From the NCBI GenBank assembly GCA_001687465.1, contig LVLI01000208.1, forward strand, positions 62,001 through 126,000: a stretch of 64,000 nucleotides of DNA, given 5' to 3'. Made by a program: the position numbers and the translations under genes. The notes under the pieces are model-generated. The model worked only from the letters and a program-made list of their open reading frames with translations, made no database searches and was not told where the DNA came from. The DNA is from Halocafeteria seosinensis (taxonomy: Eukaryota). Position 1 is the stretch's first letter; each line of letters opens with the position of its first letter. Below are positions 48,221 to 62,062 of this stretch, piece after piece.

Positions 48221-51200
48221 ATGTCGGATTCACCCCAAAAGCTCGCCAGCGATGGGGAGGCATACACACGCCAAGGGGACTATACTCGGGCCTCGCAGTT
48301 CTTTGACGCCGCGGTGAAGAAAGCCCCAAATGACCAGACACTGTGGCTTAGGAAAGCCACGTGTCTCGTGAAAATGAAGCAGTACAAAGAAGGCGTCCAC
48401 GCTGCGCAGAAAGCTCTCGAGCTGAAATCCGACTACATTCCAGCTTACATGGCAATGTCCTCGGGATACCTCTATTTGGGACAATTACAGCAAGCTGTGG
48501 AAACTGCGGAGGAGGCGTTGAAACTGCAGCCGGATAATTCCCAGATCCATATCACCAAAGCCGCGTGTCTCATGTATCTTGGTAACTACGAACAAGCCGG
48601 GGAAGTGTTGGATGAAGCCCTGCGGATAGCACCGGAATCCTTCATGGCTTACCTCAGCAAATCTACGGTTCTGCGTCGGTTGGGTCGGTTAGACAAAGCT
48701 GTTGAAACGGTGGATAAAGCTGCTGAACTTGCGCCTGAGTCGTCGCTGCAATACGTGTACCCTAACAAGATCAAGACGCTGGCGGAGGCGCACCGATTCG
48801 ACGAAGCCTTGCAGTGTGCTGACACCGCCTTGCAGCAGAGTCCTGACTCTGCGGCCATTCATTACGCCAAAGGCCACGCGTTATATGTCTCAGGAGATTA
48901 CAATTCTGCTATGACTCACTTAAGGAAAACGACAGAACTGCAGCCTGTTTTTGTGCCCTACATTTTCAACGGTGAGGATCCATATCATAAGATGGGGCTA
49001 TGCTTACACTCTCTCGGCAAATACGATGAGGCAGTTCAATATTTTGACGAAGCTCTCAAGTGTTTCCCTGAATTCCAACAAGCTAAAAAGGATCGGGAAA
49101 GAGCTCTACGCACGGCGCAAAACGAGGGAGTTTCTATTACGAAAGCAACCTCATCATCTACGGCTTCTCCGTCTGCAGGTTCGAACTCCACGCCATTCGA
49201 TGACCCCTCGTCTTCAGCAGTGCAACAGGAAACGGAGCGCATTGTGATGGGGCGGAAAGCCAGTACCGCTCAGCACAGCTCTCAAGCAGTACGGGCTCCG
49301 AAGACTGTCAAGAAGCTTTTCAAAGCCGCCAGACATGGTAATCATGAGTATCTTAAGCAAATGGCACAGCAAGGATATCCTTTAAGTGCTCGCGACGCGG
49401 CGGGCAACACTGTATTGCATAAACTTGTCAAAAGTGAGGATCAGGAAGATCAGAATCAAGTTGACCAGCTACTAGAGGATGATGAGCTCGACTTTGAACT
49501 GAACTCGACGGATGATCAGGGGCAAACGCTCTTGCAGTTAGCGGTAGATCAAGGCAACGATGATTTAGCTGATTCCTTGTTGGGATTGGGCGCAGACCCA
49601 AACGTTCTTGATGGTAGCGGGAAGACGGTGATGCTGCGAATTGCTGAATCAGGTGAAGCTGACCTGTTTCGTTATTTGTACACGCAGTATAAGACCCGCT
49701 TTGATAGGAACAATCCGGCAAACCAAAAGGCACTGGAAATCTTTAGGGCCTCTGGTGGAGAGGAAGACGATGGTCACACTCACAAGGACTCCTATCTCGA
49801 TCGGATTAGTTTGACATTCGACGATGGTGAGTCACTCGCCACATCTGCCACTGCGAGCACCTCCTCAAAGAAGCACATTCTGATGAAGTTTCAAAGACAA
49901 GAATACCGGAGAGCACTAGAACTGATAATGGATGAAGAGGATTTAGAGATTGAGCAAGTGAGCATCAAAGCTAAATGCTATTACTACCTAGGGAAATTTG
50001 AGTTCGCGAAGGCGGCGATAGACTACTCTTTGCAGTATGACATGACTAATTCCATCAAGGGCGATCTTTTGTTGCTCAAAGCACAAGCGCTGTGTCGTCT
50101 TCACGATTATAGTGGCTCTTTTGAATGTTTGCGTTTCTTACGAGAGATGTGGAATTTTCTTGAACCTGATCTGCAGGAAGCGTATGATCGAGCCTACATC
50201 AAAACTCTCTATTTCAGCGGGGATGTCACCACTGCGGAGCAGTTGATCAAGAAGCGCAACACTGAAACTCTTGACGTGGAGCTATTGAATATCCGAGGGA
50301 ACATAGAGAAGGAGCGTCACAATAATCCTCAGGGTGCTCTCAAGTTCTACGACCTCGCACTGGGGAAGGAAGGCTATGAAAATCACCCGCTGGTACTCTG
50401 CAACCGAGGACTCTTGCTCCTAGAGCAAGGAAACCAGAAGGAAGCCATGGAATCTCTCCAGCACGCCTTACAAGTACTTGAGCTTGGCTACAGTGACAGC
50501 TTCCTTAGACAAGTGAATGTCGATTCCATCCAATCGTACATCGATGATGCTCTCCGTAGTATTGTTTCTTCTATCGAAGATGACGACCCCCATCAAGCTG
50601 AGAAAAACAGCGCCCGTCTAATCGCTGCGCTCGAAGGCGACCCCAACGACGAGAAAGGAAAAAACAATCATTCTAAGCCAACAAATGAAGTTTTATTACA
50701 GCAGGTGTTGAATCTAAAAGCCCGGATCGATAACTTTGAGCGGGTCCAAGAAGCGAACGTGAGCAAGCCAGATTTGTGTCGTATCCTAGCTCACTATGCT
50801 ACGCGCGACACGTTACAACAACAACTCCAAGATACGGTGAAGCGAGCGGAAATGGATGCAAAACTAACTTCCAAGCCAGACAGAGACGAGTTATCGTACT
50901 CATTGTGGAAGAATGAAGAATGGGAGAAAACTGACCGGGAACGCCGAGAAATCACGAGTGAGGACACTCTCAGCCACTATTACCACACATTCATGAACGT
51001 AGTGAAGTCTCACATGATGGCTGCAATGGCTATAGGAACAAACAGGGTAGAAGCTCGGGGGACCAACTGTTCGAATTTAGGTGATTTGATTCCTCTACCT
51101 GCTGTGAAAGAAGTTGTGACATGGATCGGCAGATGCATTGATGTGGGATTAGACATAAAAAAGCAGCGTCAAGTACACGAGCTTCTTCGTATTTGTAACA

Positions 51201-51592
51201 ACGTGAACATCGAGGAGCTAGCGGAGGCTATCGCAAGGAAAGTGACTCTTCTCAAGAAGACCCAAATACGGAGCTGCCGCAATGTTAACACCGGACTGGA
51301 TAAACTCTTTGCCAGTATCAATTCAGTTGCTTTCCCTGGAGATTTGGCTCTCGCTTGCTCGAAACCAGCAGAGAAGCTCGCATACAAAGATGCATCAAAG
51401 GTGATTATACTGTGTTACAGCGGTGTGTTGAACTTGGATAGTAACGTTTTGGAACAGCTCATTGATTTTGCTGCTCACGATGAGCGCAAGGTCTCAGAAC
51501 TGCAAGATACCAGCATTAACTACAGCGATTCTGTGCGTACTGGAATTCAGGTAGAGTCAAACGAGACCGGCCAAACCTGTAGTCTGATGTGA
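48221..51592 (+). CDS. TPR-ankyrin-TPR protein with C-terminal CaaX motif
   Basis: About 8 N-terminal TPRs, ankyrin repeats (GNTVLH, GQTLLQLAV, GADPN, GKTVML), a second TPR block, and the ending CSLM-stop; intronless 1123 aa. Confidence 0.85.
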   Translation: MSDSPQKLASDGEAYTRQGDYTRASQFFDAAVKKAPNDQTLWLRKATCLVKMKQYKEGVHAAQKALELKSDYIPAYMAMSSGYLYLGQLQQAVETAEEALKLQPDNSQIHITKAACLMYLGNYEQAGEVLDEALRIAPESFMAYLSKSTVLRRLGRLDKAVETVDKAAELAPESSLQYVYPNKIKTLAEAHRFDEALQCADTALQQSPDSAAIHYAKGHALYVSGDYNSAMTHLRKTTELQPVFVPYIFNGEDPYHKMGLCLHSLGKYDEAVQYFDEALKCFPEFQQAKKDRERALRTAQNEGVSITKATSSSTASPSAGSNSTPFDDPSSSAVQQETERIVMGRKASTAQHSSQAVRAPKTVKKLFKAARHGNHEYLKQMAQQGYPLSARDAAGNTVLHKLVKSEDQEDQNQVDQLLEDDELDFELNSTDDQGQTLLQLAVDQGNDDLADSLLGLGADPNVLDGSGKTVMLRIAESGEADLFRYLYTQYKTRFDRNNPANQKALEIFRASGGEEDDGHTHKDSYLDRISLTFDDGESLATSATASTSSKKHILMKFQRQEYRRALELIMDEEDLEIEQVSIKAKCYYYLGKFEFAKAAIDYSLQYDMTNSIKGDLLLLKAQALCRLHDYSGSFECLRFLREMWNFLEPDLQEAYDRAYIKTLYFSGDVTTAEQLIKKRNTETLDVELLNIRGNIEKERHNNPQGALKFYDLALGKEGYENHPLVLCNRGLLLLEQGNQKEAMESLQHALQVLELGYSDSFLRQVNVDSIQSYIDDALRSIVSSIEDDDPHQAEKNSARLIAALEGDPNDEKGKNNHSKPTNEVLLQQVLNLKARIDNFERVQEANVSKPDLCRILAHYATRDTLQQQLQDTVKRAEMDAKLTSKPDRDELSYSLWKNEEWEKTDRERREITSEDTLSHYYHTFMNVVKSHMMAAMAIGTNRVEARGTNCSNLGDLIPLPAVKEVVTWIGRCIDVGLDIKKQRQVHELLRICNNVNIEELAEAIARKVTLLKKTQIRSCRNVNTGLDKLFASINSVAFPGDLALACSKPAEKLAYKDASKVIILCYSGVLNLDSNVLEQLIDFAAHDERKVSELQDTSINYSDSVRTGIQVESNETGQTCSLM

Positions 51593-53004
51593 GTCGTGAA
51601 TTAGACCGCATTTCGCTAGATGTATCTTCCGCTGAATGAATGCTTCTGTGGTGACTGAGCGAGGAAATGATTCTTACTAGTATTTTTACCTTGGCCCGGA
51701 TAAGCTGAAAGCCACTGCGGCGTCCCAGCGCGGGCTACAAGTGTCCTATATCAGATTTACCAATATACAAGCGTTTGAGATGTATCAGTTTTTGAGTTCA
51801 CCTTCTCTTATTGAATACTCAGATTTCAATTATTTTTCTGGCTCAGGGAAGTGGTCAACTCACACGACAATCGTTTCTTTAAGGAAACCTAGAGTAATTC
51901 AATTAACTGTTTGACTTAAGTAGGATATGCTAGATTGTACGTGTAGGTCTGATAGCTACTAAATTATAAATTATGCGCAACCAGTACGACATGGATTGGG
52001 AGCCAGTAATATTTATTATAGCCGGGAATCTCCATACTGTGGAGGTCCAGGACGAAGTCGGCGTGGACGCGGTGGAAGGAACTCTCTCCTATATCTAACC
52101 CTACCTGGTCAAGTGTCTCATATCTCGATTCAAATCGCGCCCACCCCAGTAGAACTGTGGGCGTTGGAACTATCTTCGACAAACAGATCCTCCGTTATAT
52201 ATTATATATTATGTGTTTTTCGCTTCTGGCTCCAGCCTGAACTTCCAGGTCAGTCGTTGTCTTCTTGTTAACAGGAAGCTACGTCGTTGCTGACAATCTC
52301 GGACATCTTCTAACTCTTCGTTGGCTTGGCGGTTGCTCTTTCCCCTAATCCTCGAAGCTATGCATAGTTGCCCTTGAGCTTTTGCAGCAACAACAGCAAT
52401 CGCCGCATCCAACCGACCTCTACCAGAGTATGTAGTTAGATGACGGAGCAACGTATCTTTCGTCCCTGCAGACCAGGAGACCGGATGTCCCATCATCAGT
52501 AGGAAGACTCCAGCACAACAGCAAAAACAACTTTAGGGAAAACACTAAATTATGCTCCCTATCAGTCTCCACCCATATGGAAACAATGCTAATTCCTAAT
52601 TCGAAGATGCACGCAAGTTGCACAACGGTACAAACAACACAACACATATGTGACAGATAGCCCAGCGGCCGGGGAGTTGAGCGCAACAACACACAACAGA
52701 GTGACGTGCGGGGACAACTTTGTTCTCTAGGCGGAAATTCCTGTACATACAGTAGTTGTAGACGATAAGATTAGTTTCTATCCTTTACAGACTGTAGCCC
52801 AACTATCTTCTGGGTAGCTCAGTAGTGGAGCAATACCAACGCACACAACTGTATGTTCAGTGTGTGGCCGTGCTATAACACGAGGGCGAAGCACAGCGGC
52901 CCCGAGATGGCAGACTAGACTGAGCCTCTTCCTTGACAACGGAAAGAGAGTACCCTTAAAGTGTCTATGCAACATAATTCAGCGATATCGCGTGCTGTCT
53001 AATC

Positions 53005-55030
53005 ATGTACATGGAAATAGAGGCTTTCCTGCGGTCGTGTGGGAACAACATCATCAAGTTGCGTTGCAAACACCTTTGCTTGTGTATCATACCACTCATG
53101 ATATCTCTAGATGGATTGACGCTCGTCACAGGCAAGGAAATTGAGGTAGAATTTCGCTATGTCAAATGGACTATTACAGAAAAAAGGGGTGGTTGTTGTG
53201 AGGATTGTACTGAAGGCTCATGTGTCCATGCTGCGGTTTTCCGATTGCAGTTCGGTATCGACGCTGTTACAATGAGTGCATCCAGTATTACAAACCCTGG
53301 AGGATACTGGAATGCTGGAGAGGGACCGGGAAGCTTATCATCGAGCACTTTGTCAAAATGGGTTGATCGTAACTTTTCGGCTTCTGCGAATGCTACCACG
53401 GGAGAGTCGGTCATCATGTGTGACGCGGGCAGCGGGAACACGTATGCATTTGATCGGTATACGTGGTTTACAGCCCACGACTACGATAAAAGAGATCCTA
53501 TTTCATGGACTTTGCACGGAAGCGATGATGCTCACCACTGGATTCTCTTACATGATGTCAAGCGGTACCCCGTTCCCACAACTCGCCGCCTCAGTGTTTC
53601 GTCACTACCTATCACTAACGGAAGACCAACACCTTCATCCACAAGAACATCTTCTACAACTCCAACGCCCTCAATAACCCCTTCAAAGTCACCAAGCTCA
53701 ACGGGAACCGCCCGGAAAACATCCTCACCAACTACGAGCTCTACCAGCACTACCAGTGGTACAGGCAGCACGTCACCATCGTTCAGCTCCACTGGAACTC
53801 CTAAAACGACATCATCCTCGAGTAATAGCGCAAAATCAACACCATCTGGAACTATATCAGCAACCGTCTCACCAACCTGGACTTCTACTGCCAGCGTCAG
53901 TAGCACAGTTAGTGCATCACCATCGTTCAGCTCGTCCTCGAGCAATAGCGCGAAATCAAGACCTTCTGGAACTATCTCAGGAAGCATCTCACCAACCCCT
54001 TCTTTTACTGCCACCGTCAGTAGTACAGGTAGTCCGCCACCGTCTTTCAGCTCTACTAAAATGACATCGTCCTCGAGTAACAGTGCAAAACCCACGTCGT
54101 CTGAAACTATCTCAGGAACCACCTCATCCACCTGGAGTTCTAATGCCGCTGCAAGTGCAACAAGTAGAACATCACCATCATCAAGCTCTACTGGAGCTCC
54201 GGTATCTGTCTCAGCTCCAAGCACTACTGCGAAGTCCGCATGGTCTGGAATCACCTCGTCAACCAAGGATGCCATAGCCACGATCAGTGAGACAACCAAG
54301 GCCAACAAATCTTCGTCTACGATTTCAAGTGGAACGGTTGCACCAAGTGGAGTGGAAATACGTGAACGAACCCCATCCCCGTGCACTCCATCACAACCTG
54401 AAACTACCGCGACCAGAGGCTTTGCAACTAGTCCAAGTAGTAGCAGAGCTTCACCTTCATGGACTCCAAGTGGGCCGACTTGTTTGCCTTGTCTCTCCAA
54501 TAGCGTAAGTGTTACAACTCCACGTGACTTGCCCGACGTAACATCATCCCCAGTCGACACAACGGGCGTTCTTGAGGAACCTTCCACACCAAGTGAAGCA
54601 CAACGGAAGCAGTGTTTGGCTGTACTGAAATGCCGGGTAATCCAGGTAAGGTTGTTTAACAACGCAGCCATTTTCCTTTGACTTTGCTTCATGAAAATGC
54701 CACTTATTGTCTCTTCTCCAGGGTTCGAGGCGCGTACAATGTCGAGTCTCAAGTACGTAAACAAGCAAACGAGGTTCTGATACGCCGTGGTGAGTCGGCT
54801 CTATAAGTGTACCAGCAAGCAGCAACTACGCTACCTCAATATTTCGTCATGAACAATTAACCCGGCTCTCTAGGCCTGCTGCTCATAAGTATTTCATCAG
54901 AACCATGTTTCGTGGGTTGGCGAAGCAGAGTTCCCGACTTCGAAACCCACATGAAGAGACAATGATTCTAGCCGGCTTTCGAAAGAGCCATCAAGTGACC
55001 AACAAGTCCCAGGAGAAATTTAATACATAG
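53005..55030 (+). CDS. Secreted/surface protein: F5/8-type-C-like domain plus Ser/Thr mucin-like stalk; 3' exons tentative
   Basis: Hydrophobic leader, FRYVKWTIT, GEGPGSL, KWVD, RDPISWTLHGSDD..W. Donor GTAAGG at 54646 and downstream acceptors give an open frame to TAG at 55030. Confidence 0.65.
53773..54190 (+). repeat. Three imperfect intragenic tandem repeats (120-135 nt)
   Basis: TCCTCGAGYAAYAGYGCRAAA recurs at about 53815, 53935 and 54070, encoding SSSNSAK(S/P)..S.TIS. Confidence 0.85.
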
Positions 55031-55309
55031 TATTCCTACCTTCTTTCTTCCTTCCATGGCCCCAAATATGCGTCATATTGCCAGGAAATCTGTCCAAGGT
55101 GCTCACGGCACTGCAGCGCCGACTCACCAGCGGGGAGTATTCGACCTAATAGGGCCTATCATAGTGATGCGTTGAGTCATCATTGTTATAATATGATTTA
55201 TTCCTACTTATTTAGCTATTTGATACCCTAGTGGGCTCTGACGCCTAATAGCTAGACGAAATTCTGTCTATCATTCACCCCTGAAGCTGTCGTGTCCGCA
55301 GAGCATAGG

Positions 55310-57373
55310 ATGATTTCGAGGTATAAAGGCCTTTCCATATTGTCCCTTGCGCTGATTCTACTCGGGGGTATTACTGGCGGCACTGGCGTCGAAGTAAATT
55401 TTCGCTATATCAAATGGAACATAACTGAAAGAAGGAGTGGGGTCGACTTGGGTGCGGGCTGCATTCTTGGAGCTTGTGTGCAAGCCTCGATATTCAGATT
55501 GAGACACCAAAATCACGAAATTTCATTGCATAGTTTCGAGAATCCCGGAGGAAGTAATCATGCTGGTGAAGGACCCTCCAATTTAGCATCATATGCTAGC
55601 ACTAAATGGGTGGATGAAAATTTCGGAACCTTGGGGAGCGCGAATGGGGAATCAATCATCATTGCTGAGGCCGGAGACGGACCAACCCACAAGTTTGATA
55701 GCTACGAGTGGTACACAGCCAATGATTTCGCCGGAAGAGATCCAAAGTCATGGACGTTGCATGGTAGCGATGATGAAGAGACCTGGGTCCTTTTAGATAG
55801 CATCCGCGGGTTCGTTTCTCCAACCGCTCGTTACACTCGGGCTGGTACGTTTCCTCTTACAACTGGAAGGCCAACGCCTTCGAGAACTCCTACGGGGACC
55901 TCTGCCTCGAATTCTGCCAGCTCCTCAAGGACTCGAACCTCCACCAACTCCGTCTCCCCAAGCAGCAGCTCCAGTGTAACGCCGAGCTATACGAGTTCAC
56001 GAAGTGCGAATCCAAGTGGAAGTGCAACTTCTTCCCCTAGTAATACAGGGAACCCCACACCAACTAGGACGCGTTCAAGCACTGCTACAGGCAGTACCAC
56101 ACCGGGTAAAACATCCACACCAACTAACTCCGCTAGCGCCACAACACGAATTCCCTGCTCTCCTACTACAATTATGCCAGAATCAAGTAAGTCACGATGA
56201 CATTCAATGAAAAGCTGAATCAATGCAGCATGACGGAACCTTGTGAATTGTTCTGTTTATTTAAATGCAGAGACTGAGATATGCTTATTGAACAAATTGT
56301 CGTTACACTCATCGGCGGGAACAATAGAGCAGTGGAACTTTGACCATTGGGACGGTTTGTCACTTGAAAAGCAGAGAGAATTTCTCGTTTTCCAAGGAAA
56401 ATTTCCTACGACTGACGAGGACTCAATACAGTGGAAGTTGTCCATGTTTGACAAGTTGTACTACCACTTAAAGAAGCGTTCCGGATATGCTTTGTTTGCG
56501 ACGAGTAACAAGGTTTGCGTGGTTGGAGGTCTTGAAGCTTCGAGAAATAACGAACGTTATCATTACGAATATACGAACGACGTTTGTTGCGCAGAAGTGC
56601 AGAAAACAGCTTGGTGCACAAACTTCTCAGAAAGCACTGTTCCCCCACCTCGAGGATTCTCTTCTTGGTGGTCAACAGAGCAAGGGCATTATTTGTTTGG
56701 GGGCCAGGCTCCGTTTAATGCGAATGGAGATTACGGTCTTCTAAACGATTTGTGGGAGTACGATATTGAGAAGTCAAAGTGGTCAAGACTTACGGATGGT
56801 TCTCTCTCTGTCTCTAGTCCTTCCACCAGGCGCGACAGTATCACTTGGGAGGCCGAGGGAGTGCATTTATTGTATGGAGGCTATGGAGCATACCCAGGAG
56901 AAATGGAGCCACAGCACTTGGCCGATCTCTGGCGACTGAAAATTATTCCCGTGTGCAAAGGAGGTGGTCATAAATGGATGAAACTGTTACAGCATTCACT
57001 ATCCGACAAGTTTCCGTCACCGAGACGACTCGGTGGAGCAACAGTAATGAACTCTATAGCGCTGATGTTTGGCGGTGAAGGCAAGGGCGACGGTCGAAAA
57101 GTTGGCCGACAGTATCTTTCTGATTTGTGGGCCCTCGAATATTGCAACAAGGAACAAATTTGGGTATGGAAAGAGTTGCCGCTTTCTGCTGCCACCAGCG
57201 GTGGCTTTGGAGGCCGTGTAAGTTGCCTATTGACTGCCCACAACGTCAACATGAACCCCAAAGTGGTTATCACTGGAGGCTATGGATACCGACACTGCTA
57301 CTCTTCGGTAGCCGAATGGCAAGCGGATACATTGTCTGTGTTGCTAAGCTTCAACGATACCAGTAACTATTAG
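55310..57373 (+). CDS. Secreted protein: F5/8-type-C-like domain, Ser/Thr linker and kelch-repeat propeller, 2 exons
   Basis: Signal peptide MISRYKGLSILSLALILLGG; paralogous to the upstream gene. Phase-1 intron 56187-56270 joins it to kelch repeats (YLFGG..LNDLWEYD, LLYGG..DLW, LMFGG..SDLW). Confidence 0.75.
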
Positions 57374-57538
57374 GCGCGTTAAAGGAAAGTATCGTTCGAG
57401 GGAGGAAGTAGCAGGAAAATGCTTCTTGTTGCTTCTTGGATATGAACGTATATCGAGTCTATACAGAACGAACCCCTATTACACTTATTGTAGGGAAAGT
57501 GAAATACCTTGCATATTCATATTTTTGTGGTAAACCAC

Positions 57539-58909
<1,371 letters not shown>

Positions 58910-59707
58910 CCTTATTTCTGGCGTGTATGACGTGGTGCCCGTGGTTCTGTGGGATTGAAGAACGAAGGTCTACTGTCTGTTCTACGCTAGAGAAAACGCC
59001 ATATATGTAATGGATCTCAGACGTACCTAACTTTAGAGACAGTGTACTTGCGGATTTCCAACAGGAGTGCGCACTCCGTGAAACAGAGAAAAAAGCAGCT
59101 TGTGTGACAAATCTGCGTATGTGCATGAAGTACTAGCCTTTGCCGCATCCCGCAACCTGCAAGTTCAATGGGTATACCGTGTTACGGTCCGTGTACGCGT
59201 GTATATCTCCGCACCACTTTCTGCGACCCGCGGATTCCACAGAGAGAATGTATGAAAACAATGCGGTACGTGTCTGGGTATACTAGGGAAGCCCAGAGTG
59301 GCCGGAATACTTAGCTTCCCGTGTAACTTCGCAAGGTTGGAAAGATTCCGTACCACTAGCAGTGCAGTGAACATGCGTTCCATCCATTAGACTTACAGGA
59401 AGTTGCTAGACTATGCAGCAGAACCTACCTGTAGGTGGTGGTCACTGTCTATTGGTTTTTGACGAAACTATCAACCAACATACCTACTTGTATTCGAATC
59501 CTTTGGGGTATCTCACCTCCCTTGTAGCAACCTACCATGCAGCTTTGTACCCAGCAATGCAGCCTACCGTACGGCACGATGTTTTAGGGATACAGCCCTA
59601 AACATGAAAACGTTTCGTGGATTGGTGCTGGCGGTCCATGTGTCAGCGCATCAGCTTCGGCCTCATTACCCACCTGCACAGCTATGCAGCACCCAAGCTT
59701 AAAGTTC

Positions 59708-62062
59708 CTAGTTTCCTGTCCTCTTCCGTGAACGCGTAGGTGGCAAATCTTGCATCTGGTGGTACGTCCGGGGACTGTGTCTAACGTTATCACTGACTGA
59801 TCCGAGCTCTACAGCTCTATAGTCTATTTTGTGGAGAGCCGCTTTCAACGACCTGTAAACTCCAGAATTTACATGATCTCCGTCTTCATGGAGACAAATG
59901 GGCACGGGAGCTATATAGGGAGCTAGGTACGTTACTTACGTATCTCTCTCGTCTTGGAATCTTGGAGCGCGGGATTGCATGGAAGGTGTGCCATGAGGGC
60001 TACTATCGTGTCTGTGTGGGAAACAAGAGCGCCAAGGAGTTCCGGTAAGAAGCAGAAAAAAATGACGCCAGGCACGGATACGAATACACGCACTTTTCTT
60101 CCGGCTCCTGATTCTCTTGTTCTTCTGCGTCTTCCTGTGGACTGGGAGCGCTCTCTTTCGTACCGGTCCCAGAGGAATGGATCAATCTCGTATCGTTTGC
60201 CAGATATACCCTGGGGTCGATCAACCTTTTGGCCTTCGAGTGCTTTGCAACAGCTGCATACTTTCTAGATGACTTTTGTATCGACTTGACTAGCGTCATT
60301 TTATCCCCAGTGTTTGTGTCATAGACCTGATCTGTTCCACTGCGTGGTGCTTCCGCGCTTCTATCGGTCTTGCTTATGTACGCCGGCTTATGTAACCATT
60401 GTTGATTTTCTCTGCGCAATCGAACAGGTTCTTGGTACACTAATTTTATTTTTGGACCTAGATGAGCAGTAACATACCTATCAATGTCGAATGTGCTCCG
60501 CTGTAGTGCTTTCGCCTGACCTCTCTTGTCGAAGCGTTCTGACTTGGATAGTGGGAGAGTCGTCGTTCTCGGTCTGACAACGTTGTCAGCCGAACTGTAG
60601 TCGTACGATCCTGGCCCAAGCGCTTGGCTTGTTCGTGGTCTATCCTGCTGATCTCTATGAGTTTGGCTTTGCAGAGTGCTCACATTGTGTGGAGATCGAA
60701 TAGTAGCTGTCGCAATGGATTGTTTGTTACTGCACACAAATCTTGGGCATTGTCAGAATAAAAAGGAACACTCTATTCGTCGAAAGGATTCTTACCCAGT
60801 ATCTGTGTCGTAATAGTCGAGTTTGAGCAGCACTCGGCGAAGCGCTGGATCAACATTCTTTGCCGTGTCTTGTATCTTAGGTTCAGTGGACTGGAAGATG
60901 TAGGCATATGGATGACCTTCTGTTTCGATTTCGGTTGCAATTGTTTTATAAGGACCAGAGTCCACATTGTATGTTCCCGAAATGTTATTAAGAGCTTCTC
61001 TTAATCCTCTATCCTCGGTACCGGGCGCAGCTCCTAATCTTGACGCTCTGCTACGCATTACTGAATATTTTTGAGGCGACTGCACTCCAGAGTCCTCACA
61101 CGTATCAGGTATACTTTAGCAACACAGGTGTCATACGCTCATCGTACCTCCAAAGTACTGTTTGCCACAGATTTCTTTGATGTCTTCTCCAAGTCATAAA
61201 TGTTATCATTCGCAACTGCTCGCTGCGACCTAAACCGCGCGATCTTAGAAATGAACGTTTCAGGATATCTGAAGGTGCATATGGACATTTCGGAAACAGT
61301 AGAATGAAATCTCTAAAAATCAGGAATCAGGACGGAGCCTACTTGCCTAGAACGTGGTCTGTCTTGCACACCATGGCAACCAGGACCAAGATGTTCTTCT
61401 CCTGTTGTTTGAGGACGTTGGAATCTCCTAGAAGCGGTGCGGACATTATGATAAGCAAGAGGTGACTGTTCTATGGTAGTTCCAATATCGGCTTTGTGTA
61501 AAACGTTGGTATTGTAAACTCGATCAAACGCTGGTAGTGGTGCCCTGGAGCCGCAGAGACCAATTGGTTCGGTACCAGATCTTAGGGCAGATGAAACGAC
61601 AGGTACAGTTCAGCACGTACGTTTTAGGTCTTTCTCTCGAGGAGTAGAGTTGAAAGTAGGTCAAAGGCGAGCTTTCTACTTCCGCCCCCACGTCTTTTTT
61701 CGGTCCCACTTTGTCATAATTGTATACAGCATCTGCAACCAAAATTCAAACCGACATCATCGATACTTACAATATGCTTGCCAAGTCGGTAATGATAAAT
61801 CTGTCAACTTACCTGTAGCGGGGCGTTGAATCTTGGGGAACCTTGATGCGTGAGAACTGAAAGTGGCATATTTCCGCTGCGTTCTTTGAAGTTCTTCGCC
61901 AATATCTAATTTCGTGCTCGGAACGCTTGTCGGTCGTGCACGGTAGTAATCTCCCCTTCGTCGACCCGATGCCGAAGAGGGGGGCCTCCCGGCTCCACCT
62001 CGGCTGCCGTATCGACTTTTTTCAGTAAGAAGCAAGTCTTCCGTCGATACCGGAGTGACCAT
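59708..62062 (-). CDS. Multi-exon internal-repeat protein, possibly axonemal microtubule-associated (SHIPPO/STPG-like)
   Basis: Recurrent unit like Y[ND]...G.K.....[IV]..SP..Y...S...RF plus LGPGSY; exons joined by GT-AG introns down to TAG at 59708. Confidence 0.55.

Noticed and set aside
46589..51592. Sir2 gene next to a TPR protein as a prokaryote-style Sir2 anti-phage defence system
   Set aside because: The sirtuin has canonical deacylase motifs rather than the SIR2_2 NADase pattern, there is no NTPase, and these are separate eukaryotic genes about 700 bp apart.
51600..53000. Short ORFs in the 1.4-kb gap
   Set aside because: No domain similarity or coherent exon chain that I can support.
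53532..54764. 410-aa antisense ORF rich in Val/Leu/Asp/Gly
   Set aside because: Shadow of the Ser/Thr-rich repeat on the plus strand; no independent motifs.
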